The notes beneath the pieces were generated by a model. That model was not told the DNA's origin, made no database searches, and worked only from the letters and a program-made list of their open reading frames with translations. From an uncultured Candidatus Rokubacteria bacterium (GTDB lineage Bacteria; Methylomirabilota; Methylomirabilia; Rokubacteriales; CSP1-6), in the NCBI GenBank assembly GCA_963754315.1, contig CAVWFS010000001.1, forward strand, positions 1 through 64,000: 64,000 nt of DNA, written 5' to 3'. Below, piece by piece: positions 39,185-50,179 of the stretch; the first letter of the stretch is position 1; each line of letters begins with the position of its first letter. The position numbers and the translations under genes were made by a program.

Positions 39185-40384
39185 TCACGCGCCGAACTTT
39201 GTGAGACGCAGGGCGTTGGCCATGAGGAGCGGCATCAGGTGGAAAGCCGGCATGGTACCCAGGCTCCCTGCTGCGCATGCCCGCTCGGTGAACGTGTCAA
39301 CGGCGTCTGCGCCACCGTAGCGGCCGTGCAGGAGCACGGGTACCGGCTGCCAGCCGTGCGCGGCCAGGATCGACGGCGTGGCGTGATCACCGGTCACGGC
39401 GAGGACGTCGGGTCGTAGGGCCTCGATCTCGGGGAGCACGGCGTCGAACCGTTCGAGAGCGGCCACCTTTGCGTCGAAGTCGCCATCCTCGCCTGCCTTG
39501 TCGGTGTCCTTGTAGTGGATGAAGAAAAAGTCGTACCCTGCCCAGTGCTGCCGCAAGGTGGCCACTTCGTCCGCGAAGGAGCTCCCTGTCTTGAGCACTT
39601 CCATCCCGACCAGCCGTGCGAGACCACGATACATCGGATAGGCGGCAATGGCCGCCGCCCGCAGGCTGAAGACAGTGGGGAAGCGTGGCAGCTCGGGAAG
39701 CTGATCGAAGCCGCGGAGCAGGATCATGTTGGCAGGCGCAGAGTCCTGAAGACACCGTCGTGCGTCGGCCACGAACTGGTTCACCAAGGTCGCCGTGAGC
39801 GCCGAGGCCGGGTCTCCTGCGCGTACGGGAAGCGGCGGCTTGCCGAGGGCTTGCGGATCGGTCTCGGACAACCGTCCACCGAGATTGGCCCCTCGGAGAA
39901 CGAGCACGAAACGGTGCTCCTTGACCGGCTCCACGAAGGTCTCGACCCCGGGGAGCCGGATGGCGCTCAATCGCTCAGCCAGCCGGATACACTCCTCGGT
40001 GCTGATACGGCCAGCCCGGCGGTCGGTAATGAGCCCGGCGGTGTCCACCGTGCAGAAGTTCCCGCGAGCTGCCACGTCGCCGGCACGCAGGTCGAATTCG
40101 ATCCCCAGCGCCTCCAGCACGCCGCGGCCCACCAGGTATCGAAGCGGGTCGTAGCCGAAGAGGCCAAGGTGGCCGGGCCCGCTGCCTGGGGTGATACCGG
40201 GGGCCACATGCCGGATCAATCCGCAGACCGACGTGCTGACCAGCCGCGCCAGGTTGGGCAGGCGCGCTGTCTCCAGCTCCGACCGACCCGTCTCCGGGCG
40301 GGGCAGGCCGCCCAGCCCATCGAGAGACACCAGGACGATCTTGGTATCGTTGGCGACGGCCAGGGGGGCGATCAGTTCCAGCAT
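39185..40384 (-). CDS. apgM: Cofactor-independent phosphoglycerate mutase (ApgM type)
   Basis: LDGLGG, PGSGPGHLGLFGYDP, GRGVLEA, DKAGEDG, TGDHATP. Confidence 0.88.
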   Translation of the reverse strand: MLELIAPLAVANDTKIVLVSLDGLGGLPRPETGRSELETARLPNLARLVSTSVCGLIRHVAPGITPGSGPGHLGLFGYDPLRYLVGRGVLEALGIEFDLRAGDVAARGNFCTVDTAGLITDRRAGRISTEECIRLAERLSAIRLPGVETFVEPVKEHRFVLVLRGANLGGRLSETDPQALGKPPLPVRAGDPASALTATLVNQFVADARRCLQDSAPANMILLRGFDQLPELPRFPTVFSLRAAAIAAYPMYRGLARLVGMEVLKTGSSFADEVATLRQHWAGYDFFFIHYKDTDKAGEDGDFDAKVAALERFDAVLPEIEALRPDVLAVTGDHATPSILAAHGWQPVPVLLHGRYGGADAVDTFTERACAAGSLGTMPAFHLMPLLMANALRLTKFGA

Positions 40385-40387
40385 GGG

Positions 40388-41290
40388 TCAGGCGTCTTTG
40401 ATGGGATTCTCTACAGAGCCCAGCCCCGGGATCTCCACTCTCACGACGTCGCCCGGATTCATGAAAACCGGCGGCTTCATGGCGGCGCCCACACCGGGCG
40501 GCGTCCCGGTAGCGATCAGGTCGCCGGGAGACAAGGTGATGAGGTTCGAGAGGTAGCTGACCAGGTAGTTGACATTGAAAATGAACGTTCGTGTGTTCCC
40601 TGCCTGCATCTGTTTGCCGTTGACGAACGTCCGCAGGTCGAGGATATGGGGATCAGGGATCTCTTGGCGGTCGGCGATGCAAGGGCCGACGGGGGCGAAG
40701 GTGTCGGGGATCTTTCCGGCCGCCCACTGGCTGGTGAGGAACTGGAAATCGCGCGCGCTGACGTCATTGATCACCGTGTAGCCCCACACGTAGTCGAGCG
40801 CACGCTCCTTGGAGACGTAGCGCGCCGTCCGACCGATGACGACTCCGAGCTCCACCTCCCAGTCGAGCTGGCTCGACCCTCGGGGGCGTAAGATGGGCTC
40901 GCCCGGATCGAGAATGGCCGTGGACCACTTGGGGAAGATCGGGGGCTCCTTGGGGATGGGGTTGTTGGTCTCCTCGGCGTGATCACGATAGTTGAGACCG
41001 ATGCAGATGAACTTTCCGGGATCGGCGATGGGTGCGTGCAGGCGCACGGAGGAAACGGGAAACGTGAGGCGCTCCGTGATGGAGGCGACGGCCTCCTCGG
41101 AGACGGCCCCGCCCTCGAGGAACCCCCGCGTACTCTCGGGGATCAAGACGGCTGCGATCTCCTGGGCGCGGACCGCGCCTCGTCGAGCCAAGGTGGCGGC
41201 GAGGCTCGCTTGCAGGTCGATGACATGATCGCCTTCCAGAGCGCCGAGGCGCGGAGTGTGACCGTTCTGGGAGAAGCGGACGAGCTTCAT
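40388..41290 (-). CDS. Fumarylacetoacetate hydrolase family protein
   Basis: CIGLNYRDH, DWEVELGVVIG, NDVSARD, TGTPPGVG. Confidence 0.9.
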   Translation of the reverse strand: MKLVRFSQNGHTPRLGALEGDHVIDLQASLAATLARRGAVRAQEIAAVLIPESTRGFLEGGAVSEEAVASITERLTFPVSSVRLHAPIADPGKFICIGLNYRDHAEETNNPIPKEPPIFPKWSTAILDPGEPILRPRGSSQLDWEVELGVVIGRTARYVSKERALDYVWGYTVINDVSARDFQFLTSQWAAGKIPDTFAPVGPCIADRQEIPDPHILDLRTFVNGKQMQAGNTRTFIFNVNYLVSYLSNLITLSPGDLIATGTPPGVGAAMKPPVFMNPGDVVRVEIPGLGSVENPIKDA

Positions 41291-41339
41291 GGCTGATGGC
41301 CTCCGGCCAGAGTAGTAGTCTGCTATTATAGCGTCCATC

Positions 41340-41702
41340 ATGAGGACGCTAGCTCTGGGCGTGATCCTCCTTCTGATGGTGGGCCCCATCGTGTCAGTGG
41401 GGGCCGCGCAGCCTAGTATCGGCCTCTCGACAGCCATGCAGAACCCGGAGCGTGACGGTCATTCCACCGGCACCGTCGCCGGAGCGGTGGCTGTCAACGT
41501 TTTCCGGATCCCCGGGAAGACTCTCTTGTGCGGCCTGGGCGCGGTCACTTCGGCCGGCCTGATGGTGCTGACCTTGGGGACCCAGTACCGGACGGTGGGC
41601 GCCGTCTTCCGTGAGGGCTGCGGTGGGAAGTGGGTCATCGAGCCCGGCGATCTCAATCGCGACGTCGATCCGCCCAAGGCGATCTTCAGCATCGACCCGT
41701 AG
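41340..41702 (+). CDS. Hypothetical exported/membrane protein
   Basis: Signal-like N-terminus, hydrophobic core, two Cys. Confidence 0.5.
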   Translation: MRTLALGVILLLMVGPIVSVGAAQPSIGLSTAMQNPERDGHSTGTVAGAVAVNVFRIPGKTLLCGLGAVTSAGLMVLTLGTQYRTVGAVFREGCGGKWVIEPGDLNRDVDPPKAIFSIDP

Positions 41703-41712
41703 CGCCGATTCT

Positions 41713-42054
41713 CTGCCCACGGGGCCGACCTCCTCGCGTACGCGCTGGTTGCTGGCCGGCCTCTTCGTCGTGTTGCTGGCAGCGTTCGCCGTCGGCCTCT
41801 GGGGCACGATTCTTCGGCCTGCTGCCTACGAGGTAACCGGTGAGCTCATCGCGCGGCCGGCGGCAAACCTGATCCTGATCCGGCACGAGCCGGTCCAGGC
41901 CCTGGGTATGAGCGCCATGGAGCTGATGGCTGTTTTCGGTGAGTCTCAACAGATCGATGCAGCCGCCCTCAAACCAGGTGATCGGGTTCGTCTGACTGTG
42001 CGATCGGTGGAGGGGCAGCTGACCCTTCTGCGCATCACGAAGCTGGTGAAGTAG
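41713..42054 (+). CDS. CusF-like copper-binding protein
   Basis: TM anchor, IRHEPVQALGMSAM, LKPGDRVR; start codon unclear. Confidence 0.55.
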   Translation: MPTGPTSSRTRWLLAGLFVVLLAAFAVGLWGTILRPAAYEVTGELIARPAANLILIRHEPVQALGMSAMELMAVFGESQQIDAAALKPGDRVRLTVRSVEGQLTLLRITKLVK

Positions 42055-42538
42055 CGTGAGGGCCCGAGGTGGCTCCGCGCCCCAGGCCACGAAGGTACTG
42101 GACCAGCTCGCGAATTTCGGCATGGCTGAGCGCCGCCCCAAATGCTGGCATGCCCGGCCGACCGATCGGGGCGCCTCCGTGGGCGATCAGGTCGAATAGA
42201 TACTGATCGGACATGGCTTGCATGCGCGTGACGTCGGCAAGATTGCCGGGTCGAACGAGGAAGAGCCAGGCACGCCAGGACCCACGTCCGTCGGCACCGT
42301 GACACGTCGCGCAGAGGCCGTAGTAGAGGCGTTCCGCCCTCGGCGCGCTGCGGGGCGGGCGGGGACTATCCAGCAGCCAGGCCACGCCGCCGGTGAACAG
42401 CCCAATCAGGGCGATCGCGACGGTGAGCGCGAGAAGAGGGCGTCGGATTAGTGGAATGGGGGGCCCCGATATGGCCCCCCAACCCTCCCACTCGTTCGGG
42501 GTGCCCCGGGTCCCCGGGAGCACCCCTCGATCACACAA
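42035..42538 (-). CDS. Membrane-anchored c-type cytochrome
   Basis: TM segment, CATCHG, GMPAF; 5' end runs into a repeat, start uncertain. Confidence 0.8.
   Translation of the reverse strand: MCDRGVLPGTRGTPNEWEGWGAISGPPIPLIRRPLLALTVAIALIGLFTGGVAWLLDSPRPPRSAPRAERLYYGLCATCHGADGRGSWRAWLFLVRPGNLADVTRMQAMSDQYLFDLIAHGGAPIGRPGMPAFGAALSHAEIRELVQYLRGLGRGATSGPHATSPAS
42457..42528. repeat. Single copy of the palindromic repeat family
   Basis: GGGGGCCCCGATATGGCCCCCC...TCGGGGTGCCCCGGG...GAGCACCCCTCG resembles the 12.4 kb unit. Confidence 0.75.
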
Positions 42539-42574
42539 GAGGTCTGAAGGGCCTGTTTTACTCCGCTCAGGACA

Positions 42575-43666
<1,092 letters not shown>

Positions 43667-43732
43667 CGGTCTCTCCTCAAGTGCGTGAAATCGTTTGGAA
43701 GGTGGTTCCTGCTGCCGCGATCATACCACCGG

Positions 43733-44581
43733 TTACCCCTTCACGGACCCCGTGAGTCCAGCCACGTAGTACTCCACGAAGAACGAATAGACGAGGGCAA
43801 CGGGGACCGATCCCAGGAGGGCGCCCGCCATGAGCTGACCCCAGAAGTAGATGTCCCCCCGGATGAGCTCGGAGACCACCCCGACCGGGACGGTCTTCCG
43901 CTCGGGTGAAGAGAGGAAGACGAGGGCGTAGATGAACTCGTTCCAGGACAATGTGAAGGCGAAGATCCCCGCCGACAAGATCCCCGGCACCGCGATCGGG
44001 AAGATGATGCGGACCATGGCCCCAAAGCGGGTGGCTCCGTCGATGCGCGCACACTCCTCGAGCTCCTTCGGGATTGTCTTGAAGTAGCCCATGAGCAGCC
44101 ACGTACAGAAGGGAATCAGAAAGGTCGGGTAGGTCAGGATCAGCGCCCACGGGGTGTTCCCCAGCCTGAAGTTACGGATGATGTCGGCCAGAGGGATGAA
44201 GAGCAAGGTGGGCGGTACCAAGTACGTCACGAAGATGGACGTGCCCAGGAAGCCCGCCATGGGGAAGTTGAGTCGGGCGAGGGCATAGCCAGCCAGGAGC
44301 CCGCAGGCGAGCGAGATGACCGTGGACACCACCGCAATGAAGAACGTGTTCCACAGCCAGCGGGGGAAGGCCGTCTTGGCCAGGAGGTCCTGGACGTGGG
44401 CCAAGGTCGGCTGCAAGGTCCAGAAGGGAGCGTTGTTGACGGCTCGCCAGGAGCGATACAGCTCCTCATCGGGCCGGATGGCCGTAATGAGCATCCAGTA
44501 GAAGGGAAAGAGGGTCCCGATCAGGAACAACGTGAGCGGGATGTAAAAGTACACCCACTTCTTCCAGCGCCGCTCGATCAT
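43733..44581 (-). CDS. Carbohydrate ABC permease
   Basis: ELEECARIDGA (EAA motif). Confidence 0.9.
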   Translation of the reverse strand: MIERRWKKWVYFYIPLTLFLIGTLFPFYWMLITAIRPDEELYRSWRAVNNAPFWTLQPTLAHVQDLLAKTAFPRWLWNTFFIAVVSTVISLACGLLAGYALARLNFPMAGFLGTSIFVTYLVPPTLLFIPLADIIRNFRLGNTPWALILTYPTFLIPFCTWLLMGYFKTIPKELEECARIDGATRFGAMVRIIFPIAVPGILSAGIFAFTLSWNEFIYALVFLSSPERKTVPVGVVSELIRGDIYFWGQLMAGALLGSVPVALVYSFFVEYYVAGLTGSVKG

Positions 44582-44583
44582 CG

Positions 44584-45552
44584 CTAGGCGCCTTCCAGGC
44601 GTCGGAGATAGCGCAGCTGGATCCAGACGACGGCCAGAAGCACGGGGAACATGAAGAGAGAGACAGCGGCGCCCTCACCGAGCAAACCGGAATTGACCCC
44701 GAGCTGGTAGGCGTAGGTGGCCACCAGGTGCGTGGAGTTGGCAGGGCCGCCGCCGGTGAGGACATAGATGAGCTGAAAATCGGCAAAGGTCTGGATCACC
44801 GAGAAGACCACCACCACGATGGTGACGGGCTTCAGCAGAGGCCAGGTGACGTACCAGAAGCGCTTCCAGCCGTTGGCGCCGTCCAGCGAGGACGCCTCGT
44901 GCAGATCGGGAGAAATGGTCTGAAGCCCGGCCAGCAGGGTGATGGCAAAGAACGGCATGCCGCGCCACGTGTTCACGACGATGGCGCACCACATGGCCCA
45001 GTCGCCGTTCGAGAGGAACGGCAGCTTGGTCACGATGAACCCGGTCTGGTAGAGGGACCAATTGAGGACGGAGAACGTCGGATCAAACATCCAGCGCCAG
45101 GCGAAGGTCGAGAGCACGGTGGGGATGATGAACGGCAGGAGCATCGAGGCGCGGACGATTCGCTTGAAGCGGAAGTGACGGTTGAGGAGCAGGGCCAGCC
45201 ACATGCCCAGGGCGAGCTTGAAGAGGGTGGCCCAGAACGTATAGAAGAACGTGTTGCGGAACGCGACATGGAAGATTGAGTCGTCCCAGGCCTTGAGAAA
45301 GTTCTTGAGACCCACGAAGGTGCCCGGGTTGCCCACACTCGTATTGGTGAGGGCGAGCCAGATCCCCATGAGGAAGGGGTAGGCGATGAACACACCCAGG
45401 AGGAGGATAGTCGGGGCCAGGAGGAGGGACGCGAGCAGGCGCTCGCTCTCGAGGAACTGGGTCCAGGGCGTGGGACGTAACGCGCCGGGGTGGGGGAGGG
45501 CGACCTCGACACCGGCCACGCTCCCCGCACCCCCCGCAATTGGCTTCTTCAC
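44584..45552 (-). CDS. Carbohydrate ABC permease
   Basis: LAGLQTI..DLHEASSLDGA, TGGGP. Confidence 0.9.
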   Translation of the reverse strand: MKKPIAGGAGSVAGVEVALPHPGALRPTPWTQFLESERLLASLLLAPTILLLGVFIAYPFLMGIWLALTNTSVGNPGTFVGLKNFLKAWDDSIFHVAFRNTFFYTFWATLFKLALGMWLALLLNRHFRFKRIVRASMLLPFIIPTVLSTFAWRWMFDPTFSVLNWSLYQTGFIVTKLPFLSNGDWAMWCAIVVNTWRGMPFFAITLLAGLQTISPDLHEASSLDGANGWKRFWYVTWPLLKPVTIVVVVFSVIQTFADFQLIYVLTGGGPANSTHLVATYAYQLGVNSGLLGEGAAVSLFMFPVLLAVVWIQLRYLRRLEGA

Positions 45553-45570
45553 GGCGGAAGACCCTGTCGG

Positions 45571-46905
45571 CTAGGCCTCGTACACCTTCTTCAACTCGAC
45601 CTCCGCCCACTTGACGGCCTCTTCGGCCTTCATCCCCTGCACCGCCTTGGCGAACATGTCCACCACGATGTACTTCGAGAAGGCCTCAGTGGACTTGCCC
45701 GTGGACGGTCCGGCATACCCGAAGATCCGGGTGTTCCGGGCGGCCGTGCGGAAGACCTTGAGTGGCTTGTCGACCCGGTCCCACATCGAACTCTTCTCCC
45801 AGATCGTCGTCGCGGCCACGCTGTAGCCGTCGCATACCTGGAACCACTTGTCGAAGTTGTCCGGCTTGTGGAGCCAGCGCAGGAAGTCCTTGGCCAGCTT
45901 CTGGTTCTTCGAGTATTTCATCAGCCCGTGGCCATTGGAGAAGTAGAGCGGGAACTGCCCGACCGCGCCCGCCAAGGGGTAGAGGGTATGGTCGATGTCG
46001 AGGAACATCGGCTCGCCCCGCTCGTCCTTGATCTTTTCCTTTTGGCGCTTGGCCACGATGTAGATGGAGGCGCCGTTGAGGGTGGCGCAGATCTCCCCCG
46101 CCAGGAAGGCTCGGTTGTTGTTCGTATCGTCCCAGGCCAACGCTCCCTCGTCGCATCCGTCCTTCCAGAGCGCCTGCATGTATTTCACCGCGTCCACCGC
46201 GCCCTTGCCGTTGATGACGACCTTCTTACCGGTGCCGTCCGTCTCGGCCCCTCCGAAGGACCACAGGAGCGGATAGGCAAAGGTCGGCGCGTCGCCGAAG
46301 GTGTGACCGAGGGTTTGACCGTAGGGCTTTCCCTTCTTCTTGAGGGTTGCCGCCGCCTTGCGCAACTCGTCCCACGTCTTGGGGAACCCGTCGATGCCAA
46401 TGTCTTTGAACCAGGATCTCCGGTAGGCGATGGCGTTGCCGACGATGGAGTGCGGCATGCCGAGCCACTGACCCCCGACCTGGAACGACGGTTTGAATAC
46501 ATCGTAGAAACCGCCTTGTTCCTTGGCGACGACGTTGGCCACGTCGCTCACATCGACCAGCGAGTTCTGATAGAGCTGGGGCCAGTTGTACATCATGAAG
46601 AACAGATCGGCCCCCGCCCCCGATTGGATGGCAGCCGTCACGCGGGGCTGGATGTCATTGGCGTTGATGGTCTCGAGCTGGATCTCCGCACCCAGGGCCT
46701 TGCTGGCCTCGGGCATCTGGCGCTTCAGTTCGACGTCGGCTTCCGGAATGAAGTCCACCCAACGAACGATATGCAGCTTGGTGCCCTGGGCGTAGGCTGG
46801 GGCCCGGCGCGAGGCAACGATCCCCTCGATCCCCGTAGCCGCCACCGCCGCGGCGGCACCGGACACCCTGATGAAGCTCCGACGGTTCCACCCCTTCATA
46901 CTCAT
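45571..46905 (-). CDS. Carbohydrate ABC substrate-binding protein with Tat signal
   Basis: NRRSFI twin-arginine motif, PAYAQ cleavage site; GAGGAGG RBS. Confidence 0.9.
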   Translation of the reverse strand: MSMKGWNRRSFIRVSGAAAAVAATGIEGIVASRRAPAYAQGTKLHIVRWVDFIPEADVELKRQMPEASKALGAEIQLETINANDIQPRVTAAIQSGAGADLFFMMYNWPQLYQNSLVDVSDVANVVAKEQGGFYDVFKPSFQVGGQWLGMPHSIVGNAIAYRRSWFKDIGIDGFPKTWDELRKAAATLKKKGKPYGQTLGHTFGDAPTFAYPLLWSFGGAETDGTGKKVVINGKGAVDAVKYMQALWKDGCDEGALAWDDTNNNRAFLAGEICATLNGASIYIVAKRQKEKIKDERGEPMFLDIDHTLYPLAGAVGQFPLYFSNGHGLMKYSKNQKLAKDFLRWLHKPDNFDKWFQVCDGYSVAATTIWEKSSMWDRVDKPLKVFRTAARNTRIFGYAGPSTGKSTEAFSKYIVVDMFAKAVQGMKAEEAVKWAEVELKKVYEA

Positions 46906-47085
46906 CCGTGAGTTCCTCCTCGAACTGACTACCGGGGACCTTCTATGGCACGGTTCCTCCCCGTCGTCATCGACGAGAGGATTTTCGCGCTGCGTCGTGG
47001 GTGAGGCTGGTCATCCGAAAACGTCAGGCACTGATACCATTGAACATCCTGACTGTCAACGGGAAGGGACTGTTGCAGGGCCAGT

Positions 47086-48324
47086 TTACGCAGCGACGGA
47101 GGCGGGCGCGACCCGTGCGGTCAGCACCGACGGCCGCCGCAGGCTCAGGGCGAGCAGGATGGCGGCCAGCCCGATTCCTCCCGACCCGACAAAGAGCCAC
47201 AGATAGCTCCCGAAGCGATCGTACAAAGCTCCACCCGCAAAGGAACCCAGTCCCATCCCGAGGGTGGAAATCAGGAACACCGCCCCATAGGCCGATCCCA
47301 TGATCCTCTCGCCGAAGAACTCGCGGGTGACGATGGCGTAGAGCGGCATGACGCCGCCGTAGGCCACGCCGAATGCGACCGCGAGCCCGTAGAAGCTCGC
47401 CGTGTCACGCGCAAAGAGGTAGCTGAACACCAGCGCGGCCTGTAGCCCGAGACCGACCACGAGCGTTCGCTTGGCTCCGAAACGGTCCGCAAGTATTCCG
47501 CATCCGATGCGACCGACTACCGACGCGAAGCCCGAGACGCCCAGGACCGTGGCCGCCACCATCGCCGTGAGGCCCTGGTCGATGGCGTGGGTGACCATGT
47601 GGAAGATCGGACCGGAATGCGCTGCGCAGCAGGCGAAGTGGGTGAGCCCGATGGCCCAGAACTGGGGCGAGCGAAGCACGTCGGCGGTCGTGTAATCCCG
47701 ATCGGGGGCAGACTCAGTAGCGCCACCCAGCGCCAGGGTGCCGATGTCGGCAGGCGCGTTACGGATGAAGAGGGCGAGTGGGATGATGACGAGCCAGCAC
47801 AGATCGCCCAGAATCAGCATGGCCATGCGCCAGTCGAACTGGGTGGTCAGCCAGCGTGCGAGGGGGGCGACGATGAGGATCCCGAGGCCGATGCCGGCCG
47901 ACACGATGGACACCGCGAGCCCGCGGTTCGCCGTGAACCATTTCGTCGCGGTGGCGGTCAGCGGCGCGTAGAAGGCACCCACGGCGAAGCCGACGACAAA
48001 CCCGAAACTGGCCTGCAGCTGCCAGAGCGTGGTGACCTGGCTCGACAGAACGAGGCCAAGTCCAAGGAGGACGCCGCCGGCGCCGGCCACCGGACGGGTT
48101 CCCAGGCGATCGGAAAGGATTCCCCAGACGAAGGACCCCATCCCCATGGCGAGCCAATTCAGGAGGGCCACCGTCGAGATCGCGCTCCGGCTCCAGCCCG
48201 TGGATTGCTCGATCGGTTTGAGGAAGACGCCCAGCGAAAAGAGGACCCCCATGCCGAGGCAGATGATGACCGCGCTCACGGCGAGGACAACCCAGCCGTA
48301 GAAGATACGGCCCTGCTTGAGCAT
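47086..48324 (-). CDS. MFS transporter (OFA/MCT-like)
   Basis: FYGW start, GILSDRLG and GILADRFG motifs, about 12 hydrophobic segments. Confidence 0.88.
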   Translation of the reverse strand: MLKQGRIFYGWVVLAVSAVIICLGMGVLFSLGVFLKPIEQSTGWSRSAISTVALLNWLAMGMGSFVWGILSDRLGTRPVAGAGGVLLGLGLVLSSQVTTLWQLQASFGFVVGFAVGAFYAPLTATATKWFTANRGLAVSIVSAGIGLGILIVAPLARWLTTQFDWRMAMLILGDLCWLVIIPLALFIRNAPADIGTLALGGATESAPDRDYTTADVLRSPQFWAIGLTHFACCAAHSGPIFHMVTHAIDQGLTAMVAATVLGVSGFASVVGRIGCGILADRFGAKRTLVVGLGLQAALVFSYLFARDTASFYGLAVAFGVAYGGVMPLYAIVTREFFGERIMGSAYGAVFLISTLGMGLGSFAGGALYDRFGSYLWLFVGSGGIGLAAILLALSLRRPSVLTARVAPASVAA

Positions 48325-48329
48325 GCGGG

Positions 48330-49082
48330 CTACGATAGCACCGTTCCCGTCGAGGGCGGTCCGGCCAGGATGGCCCGCACAGCTCGTAGATCCTCTTCGG
48401 TGTCGACGCCGATCGTCGGCTCGTGTGTTTCCACCACCACGATGGGAATGCCGTTCTCGAGAAAGCGCAATTGCTCCAGGCGCTCGGCGAGCTCCAGCGA
48501 GGAGGGGGGCAGGGAGTGGAACCGGTCGAGGGCCGCCCCTCGGTACGCGTAGAGCCCGATATGCTTGTAGCGAGGCGGATTGACGCCATCGCGATCGTAG
48601 GGAATCGGATACTTCGAGAAGTACAGGGCGCGACCATCTGTATCGCGGACGACCTTGTTCACGTTGGGGTTCGGCAACTCGTCCACGGTGGCCCGAATGC
48701 AGAGCGTCGTCACCTGCGTGTCGACGCGATGCCGGAAGGGTGCCACCAGGCGCTCGATGTGCCCGGTGGTGATCAAGGGCTCGTCTCCCTGGATGTTGAC
48801 ATACACGTCGGCGGGCCGATGCTGGGCGACTTCCCAGACGCGATCGGTTCCTGACGGATGCTCCGCACTCGTCAGCATGGCGGGAATGCCCAGCCGTGCG
48901 CACGCGCTCAGCACTTCCTCGGAGTCGGTGGCCACCAGAAGCTCGCTCAGGTCTCGGGCTTGGCGGGCGCGCTCCCAAACGTGCCAGAGCATCGGCTGCC
49001 CGGCGATTTCGCGCAGGACCTTGCGGGGCAATCGCGAGGAGGCCAACCGAGCTGGAATGACACCGAGCACGCGGACCATCAC
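48330..49082 (-). CDS. kdsB: 3-deoxy-manno-octulosonate cytidylyltransferase
   Basis: IPARLASSRLP.K, SGTDR, NIQGDEP, HIGLYAY, LEQLRFLENG. Confidence 0.95.
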   Translation of the reverse strand: MMVRVLGVIPARLASSRLPRKVLREIAGQPMLWHVWERARQARDLSELLVATDSEEVLSACARLGIPAMLTSAEHPSGTDRVWEVAQHRPADVYVNIQGDEPLITTGHIERLVAPFRHRVDTQVTTLCIRATVDELPNPNVNKVVRDTDGRALYFSKYPIPYDRDGVNPPRYKHIGLYAYRGAALDRFHSLPPSSLELAERLEQLRFLENGIPIVVVETHEPTIGVDTEEDLRAVRAILAGPPSTGTVLS

Positions 49083-50077
49083 GCAGACGGCGAGAAGGCA
49101 CGGAGCGTGCGCAAGAGCGAGGGGAGGGGGGCGGGATCAGGCGTGAAGGGAACGACCACGGGCATCGTCAGTCCGGCGCTCGCGTACTGCGCAACGCGTG
49201 CCCGGCAGAACGTCTCGTCTCCCACCACACCAAGACCGTCCAGGACGCGCGCCGACAGGTGCTTCACGGCCCCCGCGCGATCCCCCGCGCGCCAGGCGGC
49301 GTTCAGCGCGTCGATCTCGGACGTGAAGCCGCACCGACGAAAGTAGGCGCCGTAGGCATCCACGATAGCGTAGCCCGTGATGTCGCGGGCCAGGTGGGCG
49401 CGTGCCGTCTCCGGCGTATCGGTGACACAGGTCCGGATGTAGCCGGCGATCTCGAAGCCCTCCAAGGTGCGGTGTGCGCGCTCAGCGCCCTTCCCCAGAT
49501 GCTCAATGGCGACGGGAACGCTCTCCGGTGCCATCCAGTTCAGAAGCACGCCGTCGGCGATCTCGCCAGCCAGCTCGAGGGCCCGGGGACCGAGCGCGGC
49601 CAGGTAGATCCGCACCGGTGCGGGCGGGGAGGGCACGAGAAGTCGGAAGTTGCGCACGCGGTAAAACTCACCCTCGAAGCTGACCCGCTCACCGCCCAGC
49701 ACAGCTCGAATGAGGCTGACCGCTTCGCGCAGCTGGGCCAACGTCCGTCGGAACGGGAGCCCGTGCCATTGACCGACGATGGTCTCGCTCGACACGCCGA
49801 GCCCGAGCGCAATCCGCCCCGGGGCTAGGTGGGCCAAGGTCGCTGCCGTCTGGCCGAGGAGAACGGGGGTGCGAGTTTGAAACGGCAACACGCCGGAGGC
49901 GATGCCGAGGCGCGAGGTAACGGAGGCCACGAGGGCCATGGCGGTAACAGCGTCGGCGCCGCCCGCCTCACCGATCCACACCGTGTGGTAACCGCGGTCC
50001 TCCACCTCACGCGCAAGGGCGAGGTAGTCGGCGAGCGGTGCGTGATGCAAGAACGGAAAGGTCAGTCCGAGGCGCAT
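49079..50077 (-). CDS. Luciferase-like (LLM) flavin/F420-dependent oxidoreductase
   Basis: GRIALGLG, FEGEFY, IYLAALGPRALELAGEIADG. Confidence 0.88.
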   Translation of the reverse strand: MRLGLTFPFLHHAPLADYLALAREVEDRGYHTVWIGEAGGADAVTAMALVASVTSRLGIASGVLPFQTRTPVLLGQTAATLAHLAPGRIALGLGVSSETIVGQWHGLPFRRTLAQLREAVSLIRAVLGGERVSFEGEFYRVRNFRLLVPSPPAPVRIYLAALGPRALELAGEIADGVLLNWMAPESVPVAIEHLGKGAERAHRTLEGFEIAGYIRTCVTDTPETARAHLARDITGYAIVDAYGAYFRRCGFTSEIDALNAAWRAGDRAGAVKHLSARVLDGLGVVGDETFCRARVAQYASAGLTMPVVVPFTPDPAPLPSLLRTLRAFSPSA

Positions 50078-50179
50078 CGTGGCGAGTATAGCCTCCTCGC
50101 GGGCGAGCGGTGGGGATGAGGTCCCCGCCATGCCACCGTGCTACCTTCGGGCTGTCTGCATGTCAAAGAGGAGGCCGTC

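Noticed and set aside
48325..49101. 671-aa extended MFS protein
   Set aside because: The extension is an alternative frame over kdsB; the MFS starts at 48324
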